Positions 1 through 10,106 of a DNA stretch of 64,000 bases are shown piece after piece. Under the pieces are notes generated by a model, which saw only the letters and a list, made by a program, of their open reading frames with translations, had not been told where the DNA came from and did not search any database. This stretch comes from an uncultured beta proteobacterium (GTDB lineage Bacteria > Pseudomonadota > Gammaproteobacteria > Burkholderiales > Burkholderiaceae). Location: contig CAIQUZ010000037.1 of the NCBI GenBank assembly GCA_903875135.1, positions 19,606 through 83,605 on the forward strand, in the 5' to 3' direction. Within the stretch, counting starts at the first letter, position 1; each line of letters begins with the position of its first letter. The position numbers and the translations under genes are program-made.

Positions 1-821
1 TCTGTATGGAAGGTATGAATCGTTCGATTCTTAAACGCCCCAATTGTAGCTTCCACAAACCCTGACTCATTCAGAGTGTCTGTGTGAATAGCGACTTGAA
101 TATCCATTTCCTCTGCAACCGATAAACAACAATCAATAGCTGCTGGAGTGGTTCCCCAATCCTCATGCAGTTTTAAACCCATTGCTCCAGCTCTAACCTG
201 TTCGCGTAAAGGTTCAGGCAAACTTGCGTTACCTTTACCTAAAAAACCAAGGTTCATCGGAAACGCCTCTGCCGCGCTGAGCATACTGTACATATGCCAT
301 GGCCCTGGAGTGCAGGTCGTGGCAAAAGTTCCAGTAGCAGGTCCGGTACCTCCGCCAATCATGGTTGTGACACCACTCATGAGGGCTTCATCGATTTGTT
401 GAGGACAAATAAAGTGGATATGTGAATCTATCCCTCCCGCAGTAATAATCATTCCTTCAGCAGCGATCACTTCAGTTCCTGGGCCAATCACAATATCAAT
501 CGCTGACTGTATGTCAGGGTTACCGGCTTTACCGATACCAGCAATCATGCCATTTTTAATCCCAATATCCGCCTTGACAATACCCCAGTGATCGATGATG
601 AGTGCATTCGTAATCACGGTATCGACACAATCAATACTTAAGCGTTGACTTTGCCCCATACCATCGCGAATCACTTTACCACCACCAAATTTAACTTCTT
701 CACCATAGGTCGTGAAGTCTTTTTCTACCTGAACCCATAGGTCAGTATCCGCCAATCGAACCTGGTCACCAGTCGTTGGGCCAAACATTTCAGCATAGGC
801 TTTGCGAGAGATAGTTGCCAT
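1..821 (-). CDS. ureC: Urease alpha subunit (5' part; runs off the left edge)
   Basis: Not in the ORF track; my translation from ATG at 821 gives [28 protein letters not shown]...[14 protein letters not shown]...GLKLHEDWG...[11 protein letters not shown], the Ni-ligand motifs of UreC. Confidence 0.98.
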   Translation of the reverse strand, partial: MATISRKAYAEMFGPTTGDQVRLADTDLWVQVEKDFTTYGEEVKFGGGKVIRDGMGQSQRLSIDCVDTVITNALIIDHWGIVKADIGIKNGMIAGIGKAGNPDIQSAIDIVIGPGTEVIAAEGMIITAGGIDSHIHFICPQQIDEALMSGVTTMIGGGTGPATGTFATTCTPGPWHMYSMLSAAEAFPMNLGFLGKGNASLPEPLREQVRAGAMGLKLHEDWGTTPAAIDCCLSVAEEMDIQVAIHTDTLNESGFVEATIGAFKNRTIHTFHT

Positions 822-870
822 TAAAATCCTTGTAAGTATTTATTATTGATTGCTATTGATTCTCTGCGAA

Positions 871-1176
871 TCACAATTTACCCATGACTAAACCATTAAA
901 ACCATAAACAGTTTTATCTCCGGCCACTTCAACAAGTTGTATCGTCTTTTTTTGACCCGGTTCAAACCGAACCGCAGTACCTGAGGCAATATTTAAACGG
1001 AATCCACGGCTGAGTTGCCGATCAAAGCTTAAAGAGGTATTAACCTCAAAAAAATGGTAATGCGATCCCACCTGAATCGGTCGATCACCGATATTTGAGA
1101 CAATGAGTTCTAGCGTCTTACGACCAACATTAATCTCAATATCCGGTCCAGATGTTCTAATTTCTCCAGGAATCAT
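871..1176 (-). CDS. ureB: Urease beta subunit
   Basis: MIPGEI...[17 protein letters not shown]...[14 protein letters not shown]; position in the urease operon. Confidence 0.98.
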   Translation of the reverse strand: MIPGEIRTSGPDIEINVGRKTLELIVSNIGDRPIQVGSHYHFFEVNTSLSFDRQLSRGFRLNIASGTAVRFEPGQKKTIQLVEVAGDKTVYGFNGLVMGKL

Positions 1177-1185
1177 CTCTGTTCC

Positions 1186-1758
1186 TTAGATCGATTGAGC
1201 AAATACTGTCGCCGCAAAAATACCCGAACAGATCGTCAAAGCCTTTAAGACCCATTCATGTTTTTTACTTACCGACATAGCCGCCAAGAATCCGATAACG
1301 TGAATCAACATAGTACTTAGTATTAATCCTGCAAGAACTGAGGATGAAGAAGCGTCCAGCTCAACACCGTGAGTTACCCCGTGCACAACGCCAATCAAAC
1401 CCATGAATAAAGAAACCATTGGAAATGATAATTTAGTCAATGCAACGTGAACTACAGGTAAAACCATGAGTGCCACTAATATCATTTGATTGAGCCGATG
1501 AAGTTGCTCTTCACCAACACCAAGGCCTGATGACAAAATAGCACTAAGCGTAAATGTACCAACAAAAATGGCCGGCAATATGACTCCTTTTTTAATAGGA
1601 AATTGATGCGCCATTACGCCAATAATGAGCATGGTGAGTAAATGATCCCATCCAGTAAGTGGATGTAACAAGGCACTAAAAATAGAGGTGTCGTGATTGG
1701 GATGAGCAAACACTTGGTTAGAAACCAATAAAGCGAATAAAACAAGCCATTTTTTCAT
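1186..1758 (-). CDS. ureJ: HupE/UreJ family Ni-related membrane protein
   Basis: Signal peptide then AHPNH, HPLTGWDHLLTM, HGVTHGVE motifs; hydrophobic; lies between ureA and ureB. Confidence 0.9.
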   Translation of the reverse strand: MKKWLVLFALLVSNQVFAHPNHDTSIFSALLHPLTGWDHLLTMLIIGVMAHQFPIKKGVILPAIFVGTFTLSAILSSGLGVGEEQLHRLNQMILVALMVLPVVHVALTKLSFPMVSLFMGLIGVVHGVTHGVELDASSSSVLAGLILSTMLIHVIGFLAAMSVSKKHEWVLKALTICSGIFAATVFAQSI

Positions 1759-1767
1759 ATTAAATCC

Positions 1768-2070
1768 TCATTGAATAGGTTGATGGACAGTGACTAATTT
1801 CGTACCATCTGGAAATGTAGCCTCAATTTGTATTTCAGGAATCATCTCAGGTATCCCCTCTAAAACATCAGAGGACTTTAGAATCGTTGTGCCAAAGGTC
1901 ATGAGTTCCGCAACAGTTCGCCCATCGCGGGCACCTTCCATAATCGCCGCAGAAATCAATGCGATCGACTCTGGGTAGTTGAGTTTTAAACCTCTAGCCA
2001 TACGACGCTCTGCAACGAGGGCCGCAGTAAAAATCAGTAACTTATCTTTTTCTCTTGGCGTTAATTCCAT
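1768..2070 (-). CDS. ureA: Urease gamma subunit (true start ATG 2070; the ORF track extends to 2151)
   Basis: [23 protein letters not shown]...LNYPE...[17 protein letters not shown], 100 aa. Confidence 0.98.
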   Translation of the reverse strand: MELTPREKDKLLIFTAALVAERRMARGLKLNYPESIALISAAIMEGARDGRTVAELMTFGTTILKSSDVLEGIPEMIPEIQIEATFPDGTKLVTVHQPIQ

Positions 2071-2084
2071 AACTGATAACCTTT

Positions 2085-2963
2085 TTATGTCTTCCAAAGT
2101 CGAAGTGGTAAGGGCACAATTCCCGATACTTCTAACCGATGCCGCAACCACAAATTAATAAAACAATCTTTTAAATATTCTACTTCCGAAGATACTGCAC
2201 GTATGATCATTAAACCATTTTTTTGAGGTAAATTAATTCTCGTCGCACCAACTCTGAGAGTATCCGACCATAGCAAGGAATCCCTGACGGATTCAAGCAA
2301 TTCTTCACTCACCCGATAGCCACAAAACCACATCGTGCCCATGACGGAATAAGAACCAAGTTTCGCCATTGAACGAATCGATACATCATCTGAATCTAAA
2401 ACGCTAGACTCAATCCAATATTGTCGATGATTCATAGAAAGTTGCAATTCATTTCTCAGGTGCGCGTCTGACCAAATTTCCCCACTAGCTGTTCTACCTA
2501 ATTGAGCAATATCCCACCCAATCATTGTGGAATCCTCCTCTAACTGAATATGGATGAAATTATAGGCATTGGATGAATTGAAATATATATTTTCTTGTGG
2601 CAAGAAGTCAAGATGACTTCCCGCAGCGATAGACAAGCGAGTTTCTTGAGAAGATAAATGCCCATTGGATTTGTACCATTTCGTAGCCCCAGGAGTCGTA
2701 ATCACCGCTTTAGCATTTGGATACGTTTTGATGTCAATCTTTAGGTGATCACCACCTGCAATACCTGCCGGAGGATGTAAAATAACGGCATGACAAACTT
2801 CATCCCCTTCTGGATAAAGGGATTTCTGAATCAGTAAAGGACCAACATGATCTCTTCTTGATAAAATGGTTTTGGACGACTGATCTGATTTTGTAAACTC
2901 TAAACGCAGACTCGCATCCCAGCGTTTGGGTATTTGAAGTGGCTCTACAGTTGCGGTTTCCAT
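2085..2963 (-). CDS. ureD: Urease accessory protein UreD
   Basis: [48 protein letters not shown] motifs. Confidence 0.95.
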   Translation of the reverse strand: METATVEPLQIPKRWDASLRLEFTKSDQSSKTILSRRDHVGPLLIQKSLYPEGDEVCHAVILHPPAGIAGGDHLKIDIKTYPNAKAVITTPGATKWYKSNGHLSSQETRLSIAAGSHLDFLPQENIYFNSSNAYNFIHIQLEEDSTMIGWDIAQLGRTASGEIWSDAHLRNELQLSMNHRQYWIESSVLDSDDVSIRSMAKLGSYSVMGTMWFCGYRVSEELLESVRDSLLWSDTLRVGATRINLPQKNGLMIIRAVSSEVEYLKDCFINLWLRHRLEVSGIVPLPLRLWKT

Positions 2964-2991
2964 CCGTGAATTATGGCAGATGAAAGGGTTT

Positions 2992-3684
2992 TCAGACAGA
3001 AACTAAATGAGCAATGCCATCTTGATCCATCAGATCACCATCACCACTGGCAATAATTTCACCCCGACTCATCACCACATACTTGTCAGCAACCTCTCTA
3101 ATAAAATCAAGGTATTGTTCGACTAAAAGAATCGTCATGCCTTGCTCCCTGACGAGTTGGACCAAGGTTTTACCAATTTGTTGAATGATATTTGGCTGAA
3201 TACCCTCGGTAGGCTCATCCAAAATAATCATCTTGGGTTGACTCATTAAAGCCCTACCAATGGCTAATTGTTGCTGCTGACCACCAGATAAATCCCCTCC
3301 GTTGCGCGAAGACATATCTTTTAATATCGGTAATAAGTCATAGATATATTCAGGAATCTTTTTGGGTGCTTTATGAGAAGCTGCGCCTATCAAAAGATTT
3401 TCTTCTACTGTTAACCTCGGAAAAATCTCTCTGCCTTGAGGAACATAAGCAATCCCACAAGCTACTCTCTCATAGGAAGGTAATTGATTGATTAACTTGC
3501 CATCAAAAAAGATTTCTCCCTCTCGGATGGGTACAACCCCCATCAATGCTTTCACCATCGTAGTTTTACCAACGCCGTTTCTTCCCATCAAAACAGTTAA
3601 GGTTCCTTTCGGAACCTCAAAAGAAACATCTCGAAGGATATGACTACCCGCGTAATATTGATGAACATGTTGGACTTTTAACAT
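2992..3684 (-). CDS. urtE: Urea ABC transporter ATPase UrtE
   Basis: GRNGVGKTT Walker A, YVPQGREIFPRLTVEENL, LSGGQQQQLAIGRAL, LDEPTEGIQP. Confidence 0.95.
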   Translation of the reverse strand: MLKVQHVHQYYAGSHILRDVSFEVPKGTLTVLMGRNGVGKTTMVKALMGVVPIREGEIFFDGKLINQLPSYERVACGIAYVPQGREIFPRLTVEENLLIGAASHKAPKKIPEYIYDLLPILKDMSSRNGGDLSGGQQQQLAIGRALMSQPKMIILDEPTEGIQPNIIQQIGKTLVQLVREQGMTILLVEQYLDFIREVADKYVVMSRGEIIASGDGDLMDQDGIAHLVSV

Positions 3685-3686
3685 GA

Positions 3687-4535
3687 TTACCGACCCAAAT
3701 AAGATTCTATAACGAGGGAGTTACTTTTAATCTGTTCCATCGTACCTTCAGCCAATACAGCTCCCTCAGCGAGCACAGTGACTTTTCCATGTTCGCCAGA
3801 TAAGGCGCTCACAAACTCCATATCATGCTCAACAACCACAATCGAACAAGTACCCCTTAACGCATTTAACAAATCCACCAATTTCATCGTCTCTTCATCC
3901 GTCATACCGGCTACTGGCTCATCGAGCAACAATAGTTCTGGTTTTTGCATCAATAGCATACCAATCTCAAGTCGTTGTTTTTGGCCATGTGACAACAGCC
4001 CGGCTTCATCAAAGGCCTGCGCCTCCAAACCGACTTTTACGAGAGTCTCAGAAATTTGAAATTTTGTTTCAGCATCAATTTTGGCTGATAGTGAGAAACG
4101 CCAAGTTTTATCGGATTTTCTTGCTAACTCGACGTTTTCCCAAACTTTTAAATGTTCAAATACCGTCGGCTTTTGAAATTTTCGACCAATGCCAATTTGG
4201 GCGATTTTTGGCTCATTTAGTTTCAACAAATCAATGGTCTGCCCTAAAAAAACACTACCCGTCACATGCGCATTACGTGGACCTGTTTTCCCAGTTATCA
4301 CATCCATCATCGTCGTTTTACCAGCACCATTAGGGCCAATAATGCAACGTAATTCACCAGTACGAATATACAGATTTAAGCCATTAATCGCTTTAAATCC
4401 ATCAAAGGAAACCTGTAGATTTTCAATGTACAAAATATCGCCATGGGAACTATCTATTTTCCCTTTTTCATAAAAGTTTCCAGAGTCACGCTTTGCTGAA
4501 GCTACTGGTTCGAGAGATAATGTTTCGCTCATCAA
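3687..4535 (-). CDS. urtD: Urea ABC transporter ATPase UrtD
   Basis: VSFDGFKAIN, GPNGAGKTTMMDVITGKT, GIGRKFQKPTVFE, LLDEPVAGMTD. Confidence 0.95.
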   Translation of the reverse strand: MMSETLSLEPVASAKRDSGNFYEKGKIDSSHGDILYIENLQVSFDGFKAINGLNLYIRTGELRCIIGPNGAGKTTMMDVITGKTGPRNAHVTGSVFLGQTIDLLKLNEPKIAQIGIGRKFQKPTVFEHLKVWENVELARKSDKTWRFSLSAKIDAETKFQISETLVKVGLEAQAFDEAGLLSHGQKQRLEIGMLLMQKPELLLLDEPVAGMTDEETMKLVDLLNALRGTCSIVVVEHDMEFVSALSGEHGKVTVLAEGAVLAEGTMEQIKSNSLVIESYLGR

Positions 4536-5662
4536 GATTGATCCGTGATATTCGATGGTTTTTGCATAAAACGATCTTTGATAATGCCAACAATACCTTT
4601 AGGCAGATATAAAGTGACTACAACAAATAATCCACCTAAGATAAACAACCAATATTCTGGTGCTAGGCCGGTAAAGATGGTTTTAGCACCATTCACAACA
4701 AAAGCGCCAACAATAGGGCCAATTAAGGTCGCACGACCACCTACGGCCACCCAAACAGCTAACTCAATAGAGTTGGCAGGAGACATCTCTCCAGGGTTAA
4801 TAATACCAACTTGTGGAACATACAAAGCACCAGCAATACCACATAGAAAAGCAGAAAAAGTCCAAATAAACAATTTGTATCCAAGCGGGTCATAACCAGA
4901 AAACATCACACGATTCTCAGCATCACGAATCGCCATACACACCCTACCCAATTTAGACTGAACAATATATCGACAAACGATAAATGATAAGAGGAGTGCT
5001 GTAAAGCTAGCTAAAAAAAGGACCACACGCGTTGAGGGTTGGGTAATAGAAAAACCTAAAATTCTTTTAAAGTCAGTAAACCCATTATTCCCTCCGAAGC
5101 CTGTTTCGTTTCTAAAGAAAAGTAACATCGCTGCATAGGTAAATGCTTGGGTAATAATCGACAGATAAACGCCTTTAATTCTGGATCTAAAGGCAAAAAA
5201 CCCAAAAACAAATGCAATCAAACCGGGGATCAATAAAATGAATAAGAGCACTAACGGAAAATGATTCGTCCCCTCCCAGAACCAAGGTAATTGTTTCCAA
5301 TCAAGGAAAACCATAAAGTCGGGTAATTCTGAGTGATATACGCCCTCTGTGCCAATCGATCGCATCAAATACATGCCCATGATGTATCCACCAATCGCAA
5401 AAAATAAACTATGACCAAGACTTAAGATCCCACAAAATCCCCAGACAAGATCCAGAGCCAAAGCCGCAATAGCAAAGCACATGATCTTGCCAAAGAGTGT
5501 CAAAGAATAGGCGGACAAATGAAAGAAATTGCCCTCAGGTATAAAGAGAGCACAGAGCGGAACCAAAATATAAAAGGCTATGGCAAGCAAAATTAAACAC
5601 TTCCACCAAGTTTTTGACAGAATCGATTGTTGGGCTGGTAAATCAATATTAAAAGCTGTCAT
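4532..5662 (-). CDS. urtC: Urea ABC transporter permease UrtC (likely start ATG 5662)
   Basis: ALDLVWGFCGILSLGHSLFFAIGGY, ELPDFMVFL, FRNETGFGGNNGFTDF motifs; start lies 1 nt after the urtB stop. Confidence 0.95.
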   Translation of the reverse strand: MTAFNIDLPAQQSILSKTWWKCLILLAIAFYILVPLCALFIPEGNFFHLSAYSLTLFGKIMCFAIAALALDLVWGFCGILSLGHSLFFAIGGYIMGMYLMRSIGTEGVYHSELPDFMVFLDWKQLPWFWEGTNHFPLVLLFILLIPGLIAFVFGFFAFRSRIKGVYLSIITQAFTYAAMLLFFRNETGFGGNNGFTDFKRILGFSITQPSTRVVLFLASFTALLLSFIVCRYIVQSKLGRVCMAIRDAENRVMFSGYDPLGYKLFIWTFSAFLCGIAGALYVPQVGIINPGEMSPANSIELAVWVAVGGRATLIGPIVGAFVVNGAKTIFTGLAPEYWLFILGGLFVVVTLYLPKGIVGIIKDRFMQKPSNITDQS

Positions 5663-5663
5663 A

Positions 5664-7295
5664 TTAATTTTCTGCACTTCTACCCTTGAGGGCAAACATG
5701 CCTTGTGGGCGTTTTTGGATAAATAAAATAATCATGACGAGTAAACCAATCTTCGTCAGTACAGCCCCCATAAATGGCTCACTAAATTTACTCAAAATAC
5801 CCAAACCAAATGAACCAATAATGGTACCCGCTAGTTGTCCAACACCCCCAAGAACAACCGCCATAAATGAGTCAATAATATAGGACTGACCTAGGTCAGG
5901 ACCCACATTACCAATTTGAGATAAGGCACAACCACCTAAGCCAGCAATCCCTGCTCCAAAGGCAAATGCATAACTATCTACTCGGCGGGTTTTTACACCA
6001 ACACAACTTGCCATTGATCGATTTTGCGTGACCGCTCTTACAAAAAGACCCATTCTAGTTTTATTGAGAACTAACCAAGTCATAAAAACAATGGCTATAG
6101 CAAAGAAAAAGATTATTAAGCGGTTATAAGGTATTAGCAGTCCTGGAAAGAAATCTTGCAAAGGCGAAAAAGAACCACTCATCCATGATGGGTTACCGAC
6201 CTCCACATTCTGAGCACCAAAGACAACCCGAACAGCTTGCATCATTAACAAGCTCACCCCAAATGTTGCTAGAAGCGTTTCCAATGGGCGGCCATAGAGA
6301 TGGCGTAAGACTAAAAATTCCAAAATCAGACCAACAACTGCAGCCGATACAAAAGCGGCCGGAATCGCAAAAATTAAATAATAATCCTGATACTGCATGA
6401 AAAACGATCTAAAAATCGTCTGCACGATAAAGGTGGAGTATGCTCCCACCATTAAAAATTCACCATGAGCCATATTAATGACTCCAATTAATCCATAGGT
6501 AATCGCTAACCCAAGTGCGGCTAGCAATAAAATACTACCCAAGCTTAAGCCTGTAAAAATATTAGAAACAACTTCAGCCCGAAAACGGCGAGATTTAAAT
6601 TCATTGAGAGCCAACTCGATGGCTGGGAGAAGACTTTTATCTTTTTCAACGAAATTACCGGAGTCGTCTTTTTTCATTAAGTTCGCCAAAAAATTTTGTG
6701 CGCCCAATAAACTGGAGTTACCCAAAAGTTTTAGTAACTCTCGTTTTTTTGTTGCGTCTGCAGTTGCATAACTGACCATTGCATCTAAAGAAGCTAATTG
6801 CTTTTTAAGATGAGGATCTGTTTCAATCTCATATGCTTTTTTAATCAGCTCAGGCTTAATCTGACTAACATCATCGGATAAAGTATTCATCGCCTGAGTA
6901 CGAATCAGAAGATCTTTGGATAACAATTTATATTGACTAACGGCGGCTTCAATGTCAGATCGAATACTATTGTTTAATGTCGGTGACTCCAGTTTAGCCT
7001 CATCGACTGTTACGGTTATATTAGTAATGGCGTCCACATAAGCGTTTTTTACCTTCAGAACGACTAACTGATCAGTAGTCAAAAATACATTTTCATCTTG
7101 AAGAGCAAAGAAAATATTGGAAGCAATTTCAGGAGGTGCATCGACAACCTTTGCGACGGTCGATTGCTTCAGAGAAAAATCTTCCCCAAACAGATTTTTA
7201 AGATCCGCTTGAGAAAGATTGGATGCTAATACATAACTACTACATATAGTACTAATCAAAAAGCCAGATAATAATTTAAGCACAAGAATATTCAC
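5664..7295 (-). CDS. urtB: Urea ABC transporter permease UrtB with N-terminal periplasmic extension
   Basis: GLSLGSILLLAALGLAITYGLIGVINMAHGE, IIDSFMAVVLGGVGQL, IQKRPQGMF. Confidence 0.95.
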   Translation of the reverse strand: MNILVLKLLSGFLISTICSSYVLASNLSQADLKNLFGEDFSLKQSTVAKVVDAPPEIASNIFFALQDENVFLTTDQLVVLKVKNAYVDAITNITVTVDEAKLESPTLNNSIRSDIEAAVSQYKLLSKDLLIRTQAMNTLSDDVSQIKPELIKKAYEIETDPHLKKQLASLDAMVSYATADATKKRELLKLLGNSSLLGAQNFLANLMKKDDSGNFVEKDKSLLPAIELALNEFKSRRFRAEVVSNIFTGLSLGSILLLAALGLAITYGLIGVINMAHGEFLMVGAYSTFIVQTIFRSFFMQYQDYYLIFAIPAAFVSAAVVGLILEFLVLRHLYGRPLETLLATFGVSLLMMQAVRVVFGAQNVEVGNPSWMSGSFSPLQDFFPGLLIPYNRLIIFFFAIAIVFMTWLVLNKTRMGLFVRAVTQNRSMASCVGVKTRRVDSYAFAFGAGIAGLGGCALSQIGNVGPDLGQSYIIDSFMAVVLGGVGQLAGTIIGSFGLGILSKFSEPFMGAVLTKIGLLVMIILFIQKRPQGMFALKGRSAEN

Positions 7296-7309
7296 TGAAT
7301 AATCAGTGC

Positions 7310-8569
7310 TTATTTCACCTCATCTGGTTTACCTTCATTACCAGCAATGAATGGCGACCAAGGTTTCGCACGAATTGTTGTTGGGGTTTTCCAAACAACA
7401 TTAAACTGACCATCCGCTTTTACTTCACCAATCATGACAGGCTTATACAAGTGATGGTTATTACCCATCTCTAATGTAAACCCACTTGGTGCCGCCACTT
7501 TTTGACCATACATCGCTTTTCTAACCGCATTGACTTCAGTTGTTCCAGCTTTTTCAACTGCAGCCTTCCACATCTTCATACCAACAACAGTAGCTTCCAT
7601 TGGATCATTCGTCAGAGGCTTACTTGCCGTTGGTAAATTTTTAGATTTTGCATAAGCCGCCCACTCAGTCTTAAATGCATCATTGGCTGGATTTTTAACA
7701 GACATAAAATAATTCCATGCAGCAAGGTGTCCTACGAGTGGCTTTGTATCAACACCACGGAGTTCTTCTTCACCCACTGAGAAAGCTACTACTGGAACAT
7801 CTTTAGCCTTTAAGCCTGCATTGCCAAGCTCTTTGTAAAATGGCACGTTAGAGTCACCATTAATGGTGGAAATCACAGCTGTTTTACCACCTTGCGAGAA
7901 TTTTTTGACATCAGCAACGATGGTTTGATAATCAGAATGACCAAATGGTGTGTATTTCTCATCAATATCCTTCTCATCAACACCTTTTGATTTCAGGAAA
8001 GCTCTGAGAATCTTGTTGGTTGTTCTTGGATATACATAATCAGTACCTAATAGTACGAAACGCTTTGCACCACCACCCTCTTTACTCATTAAATACTCTA
8101 CAGCAGGAATCGCCTGTTGATTCGGAGCTGCTCCTGTATAAAACACATTCTTGGACATTTCTTCACCCTCATACTGCACAGGGTAAAACAGTAAACCATT
8201 GAGCTCTTCAAACACAGGAAGAACTGACTTACGTGATACCGATGTCCAGCAACCGAATACTACATCAACCTTATCTTTTGTTAATAATTGACGAGCTTTT
8301 TCTGCAAATAGTGGCCAATTAGACGCGGGATCAACCACCACAGGCTCTAATTTACGCCCCATAATTCCACCAGCCTTATTAATAGCCTCTATCTGCATGA
8401 GAGCTACATCTTTTAAAGCCGTCTCAGAAATCGCCATTGTGCCGGATAAAGAGTGCAAAATACCTACCTTAATCGGCGCCTTTGACTGTGCAATGGTTAG
8501 GTTTGAAAAACCAATCGTAGCTATTGCAGCACTAATGGCGGTTAATTTTAAAATTGATCTACGTTTCAT
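7310..8569 (-). CDS. urtA: Urea ABC transporter substrate-binding protein UrtA
   Basis: VGILHSLSGTMAISE, FGCWTSVSRKSV, FYPVQYEGEE, GTDYVYPRTTN. Confidence 0.96.
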   Translation of the reverse strand: MKRRSILKLTAISAAIATIGFSNLTIAQSKAPIKVGILHSLSGTMAISETALKDVALMQIEAINKAGGIMGRKLEPVVVDPASNWPLFAEKARQLLTKDKVDVVFGCWTSVSRKSVLPVFEELNGLLFYPVQYEGEEMSKNVFYTGAAPNQQAIPAVEYLMSKEGGGAKRFVLLGTDYVYPRTTNKILRAFLKSKGVDEKDIDEKYTPFGHSDYQTIVADVKKFSQGGKTAVISTINGDSNVPFYKELGNAGLKAKDVPVVAFSVGEEELRGVDTKPLVGHLAAWNYFMSVKNPANDAFKTEWAAYAKSKNLPTASKPLTNDPMEATVVGMKMWKAAVEKAGTTEVNAVRKAMYGQKVAAPSGFTLEMGNNHHLYKPVMIGEVKADGQFNVVWKTPTTIRAKPWSPFIAGNEGKPDEVK

Positions 8570-8647
8570 CGAGCATCCTTAAGGGTTAGAGTTAAATGAG
8601 AGTAATGACCCATACTAGAACGCAATAGAATGTTTCGAAACTCATAT

Positions 8648-8684
8648 AACACCTTTATGGTGCTAATTTCACCAAATTGGAGAA
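8648..8684. promoter_or_regulatory. Two tandem NtrC-like binding sites upstream of urtA
   Basis: aacacctttatggtgct (8648-8664) and ttcaccaaattggagaa (8668-8684) versus consensus TGCACCA-N3-TGGTGCA: 4 and 3 mismatches, centres 20 bp apart, upstream of a nitrogen-acquisition operon. Confidence 0.55.
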
Positions 8685-8796
8685 CTCGAAAGAGACTGGA
8701 GTGCCTTGAGTAGTTTTTAAATCCATTAAATGCCGACACAGAGGATAAAGCTGTAAAAAGTTTTTACTTACCTAAGGCTAACTTAATGCTTTGGCT

Positions 8797-9261
8797 CTAT
8801 TTAAGCCGATCATTAGCTAACTGTGTAGCCTTAACAATTCCGGAATATCCTGTGCAACGACAGAGATTTCCAGACAACTCATTACGAATTTGACTCTCTG
8901 AATTACATTTTTCTCGAATTATCATGTCTCTAACGGTGATGAGCATTCCGGGCGTACAAAAACCACATTGCAAGCCATGCGCTTCAGAAAAACATTCACG
9001 AATCACTTTCATCTTATGATCATCTTCAAAACCTTCAATCGTTTGAACCGACATACCAGATACGGAAGCAGCTAAAGTAATACAGGAGCGTATTGGTTCA
9101 TCATTGACCAAAACGGTACAAGAACCACAGACACCTAATTCACAAGCTAAATGAGTACCGGTAAGATGAAAAGTATTGCGAAGAAGATCAGCTAGCGTCA
9201 TTCGATCATCTATCTCTGTTTGAAAATATTGATGATTGACTTGAAGAGAAATTGAACTCAT
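8797..9261 (-). CDS. Molybdenum hydroxylase small subunit (2x[2Fe-2S], CoxS/XdhC-S like)
   Basis: CELGVCGSCTV...SC and QCGFCTPG...NLCRCTGY. Confidence 0.93.
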   Translation of the reverse strand: MSSISLQVNHQYFQTEIDDRMTLADLLRNTFHLTGTHLACELGVCGSCTVLVNDEPIRSCITLAASVSGMSVQTIEGFEDDHKMKVIRECFSEAHGLQCGFCTPGMLITVRDMIIREKCNSESQIRNELSGNLCRCTGYSGIVKATQLANDRLK

Positions 9262-10106
9262 TTTTTTAATGCCTCCATAACCGCTTTTTTTACAATAGAT
9301 CGATGCAAATTAAATTCATAAGATGATGACAGATGAAATGTGTTTTCAAGAAGATCACTGTCCAATAGATCATTCAAGTCTTTATCGAGATCAGCATTTT
9401 TGATGTTTGCTGAGGAGAGATACTTCGATAAGTGGGGTAATAAAACCGGCTTATCTCCTGCCGCACCTAAAATAGCATTAAAAATTCTCAACTCAGGATC
9501 AATAACAATTGCAGCTATGGAGTGTGCAAACTCTCCAACCTTATGACAAAACTTAACATAAGACCACTTAGCTTTTTCTGATAAAAAAGGTACGAAAACT
9601 CCTTTGACCAAATCAGTTTCTTTTAAACTCGTTTGCATGAGCCCGCACTGAAAATCTCCAATGGGCGTTTCTATCTCTTCAGCATGAGTCTTAATCATCA
9701 CACTTGCGCCAAGCGCTAGAAGCGCAGTGGGCCAATCAGCAGCAGGATCCGCATTGACGATACTACCACCTATGGTTCCTTTATTTCTTACCCCACGATA
9801 CGCAATACCTTGTGCGACGTGCTGAAGATATCCATGCGTCGGATCCTCAATCTTGCCATCCTCAATCATCGCATGCGTAACACCAGATCCTATAAAAAAA
9901 CGTTCTTTCGTCGCAAAACATTTTTTCAAATCTGGCAGTTGAGATATATCAATGACCTCTTCACTAAAAATTAAACGAAGACTCATCATCGGCATTAAGG
10001 ATTGACCCCCAGCCATATACTTAGCATTACCTTCATGAGTTTGATTGAGTGAGATAGCCTCATCGATGCCATTCACGATGTGATAATGTACCTTACCTAA
10101 TTTCAT
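9258..10106 (-). CDS. Molybdenum hydroxylase medium subunit (FAD, CoxM-like)
   Basis: AGGQSLMPMMSLR, VRNKGTIGGSIVNADPAADWP. Confidence 0.92.
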   Translation of the reverse strand: MKLGKVHYHIVNGIDEAISLNQTHEGNAKYMAGGQSLMPMMSLRLIFSEEVIDISQLPDLKKCFATKERFFIGSGVTHAMIEDGKIEDPTHGYLQHVAQGIAYRGVRNKGTIGGSIVNADPAADWPTALLALGASVMIKTHAEEIETPIGDFQCGLMQTSLKETDLVKGVFVPFLSEKAKWSYVKFCHKVGEFAHSIAAIVIDPELRIFNAILGAAGDKPVLLPHLSKYLSSANIKNADLDKDLNDLLDSDLLENTFHLSSSYEFNLHRSIVKKAVMEALKK

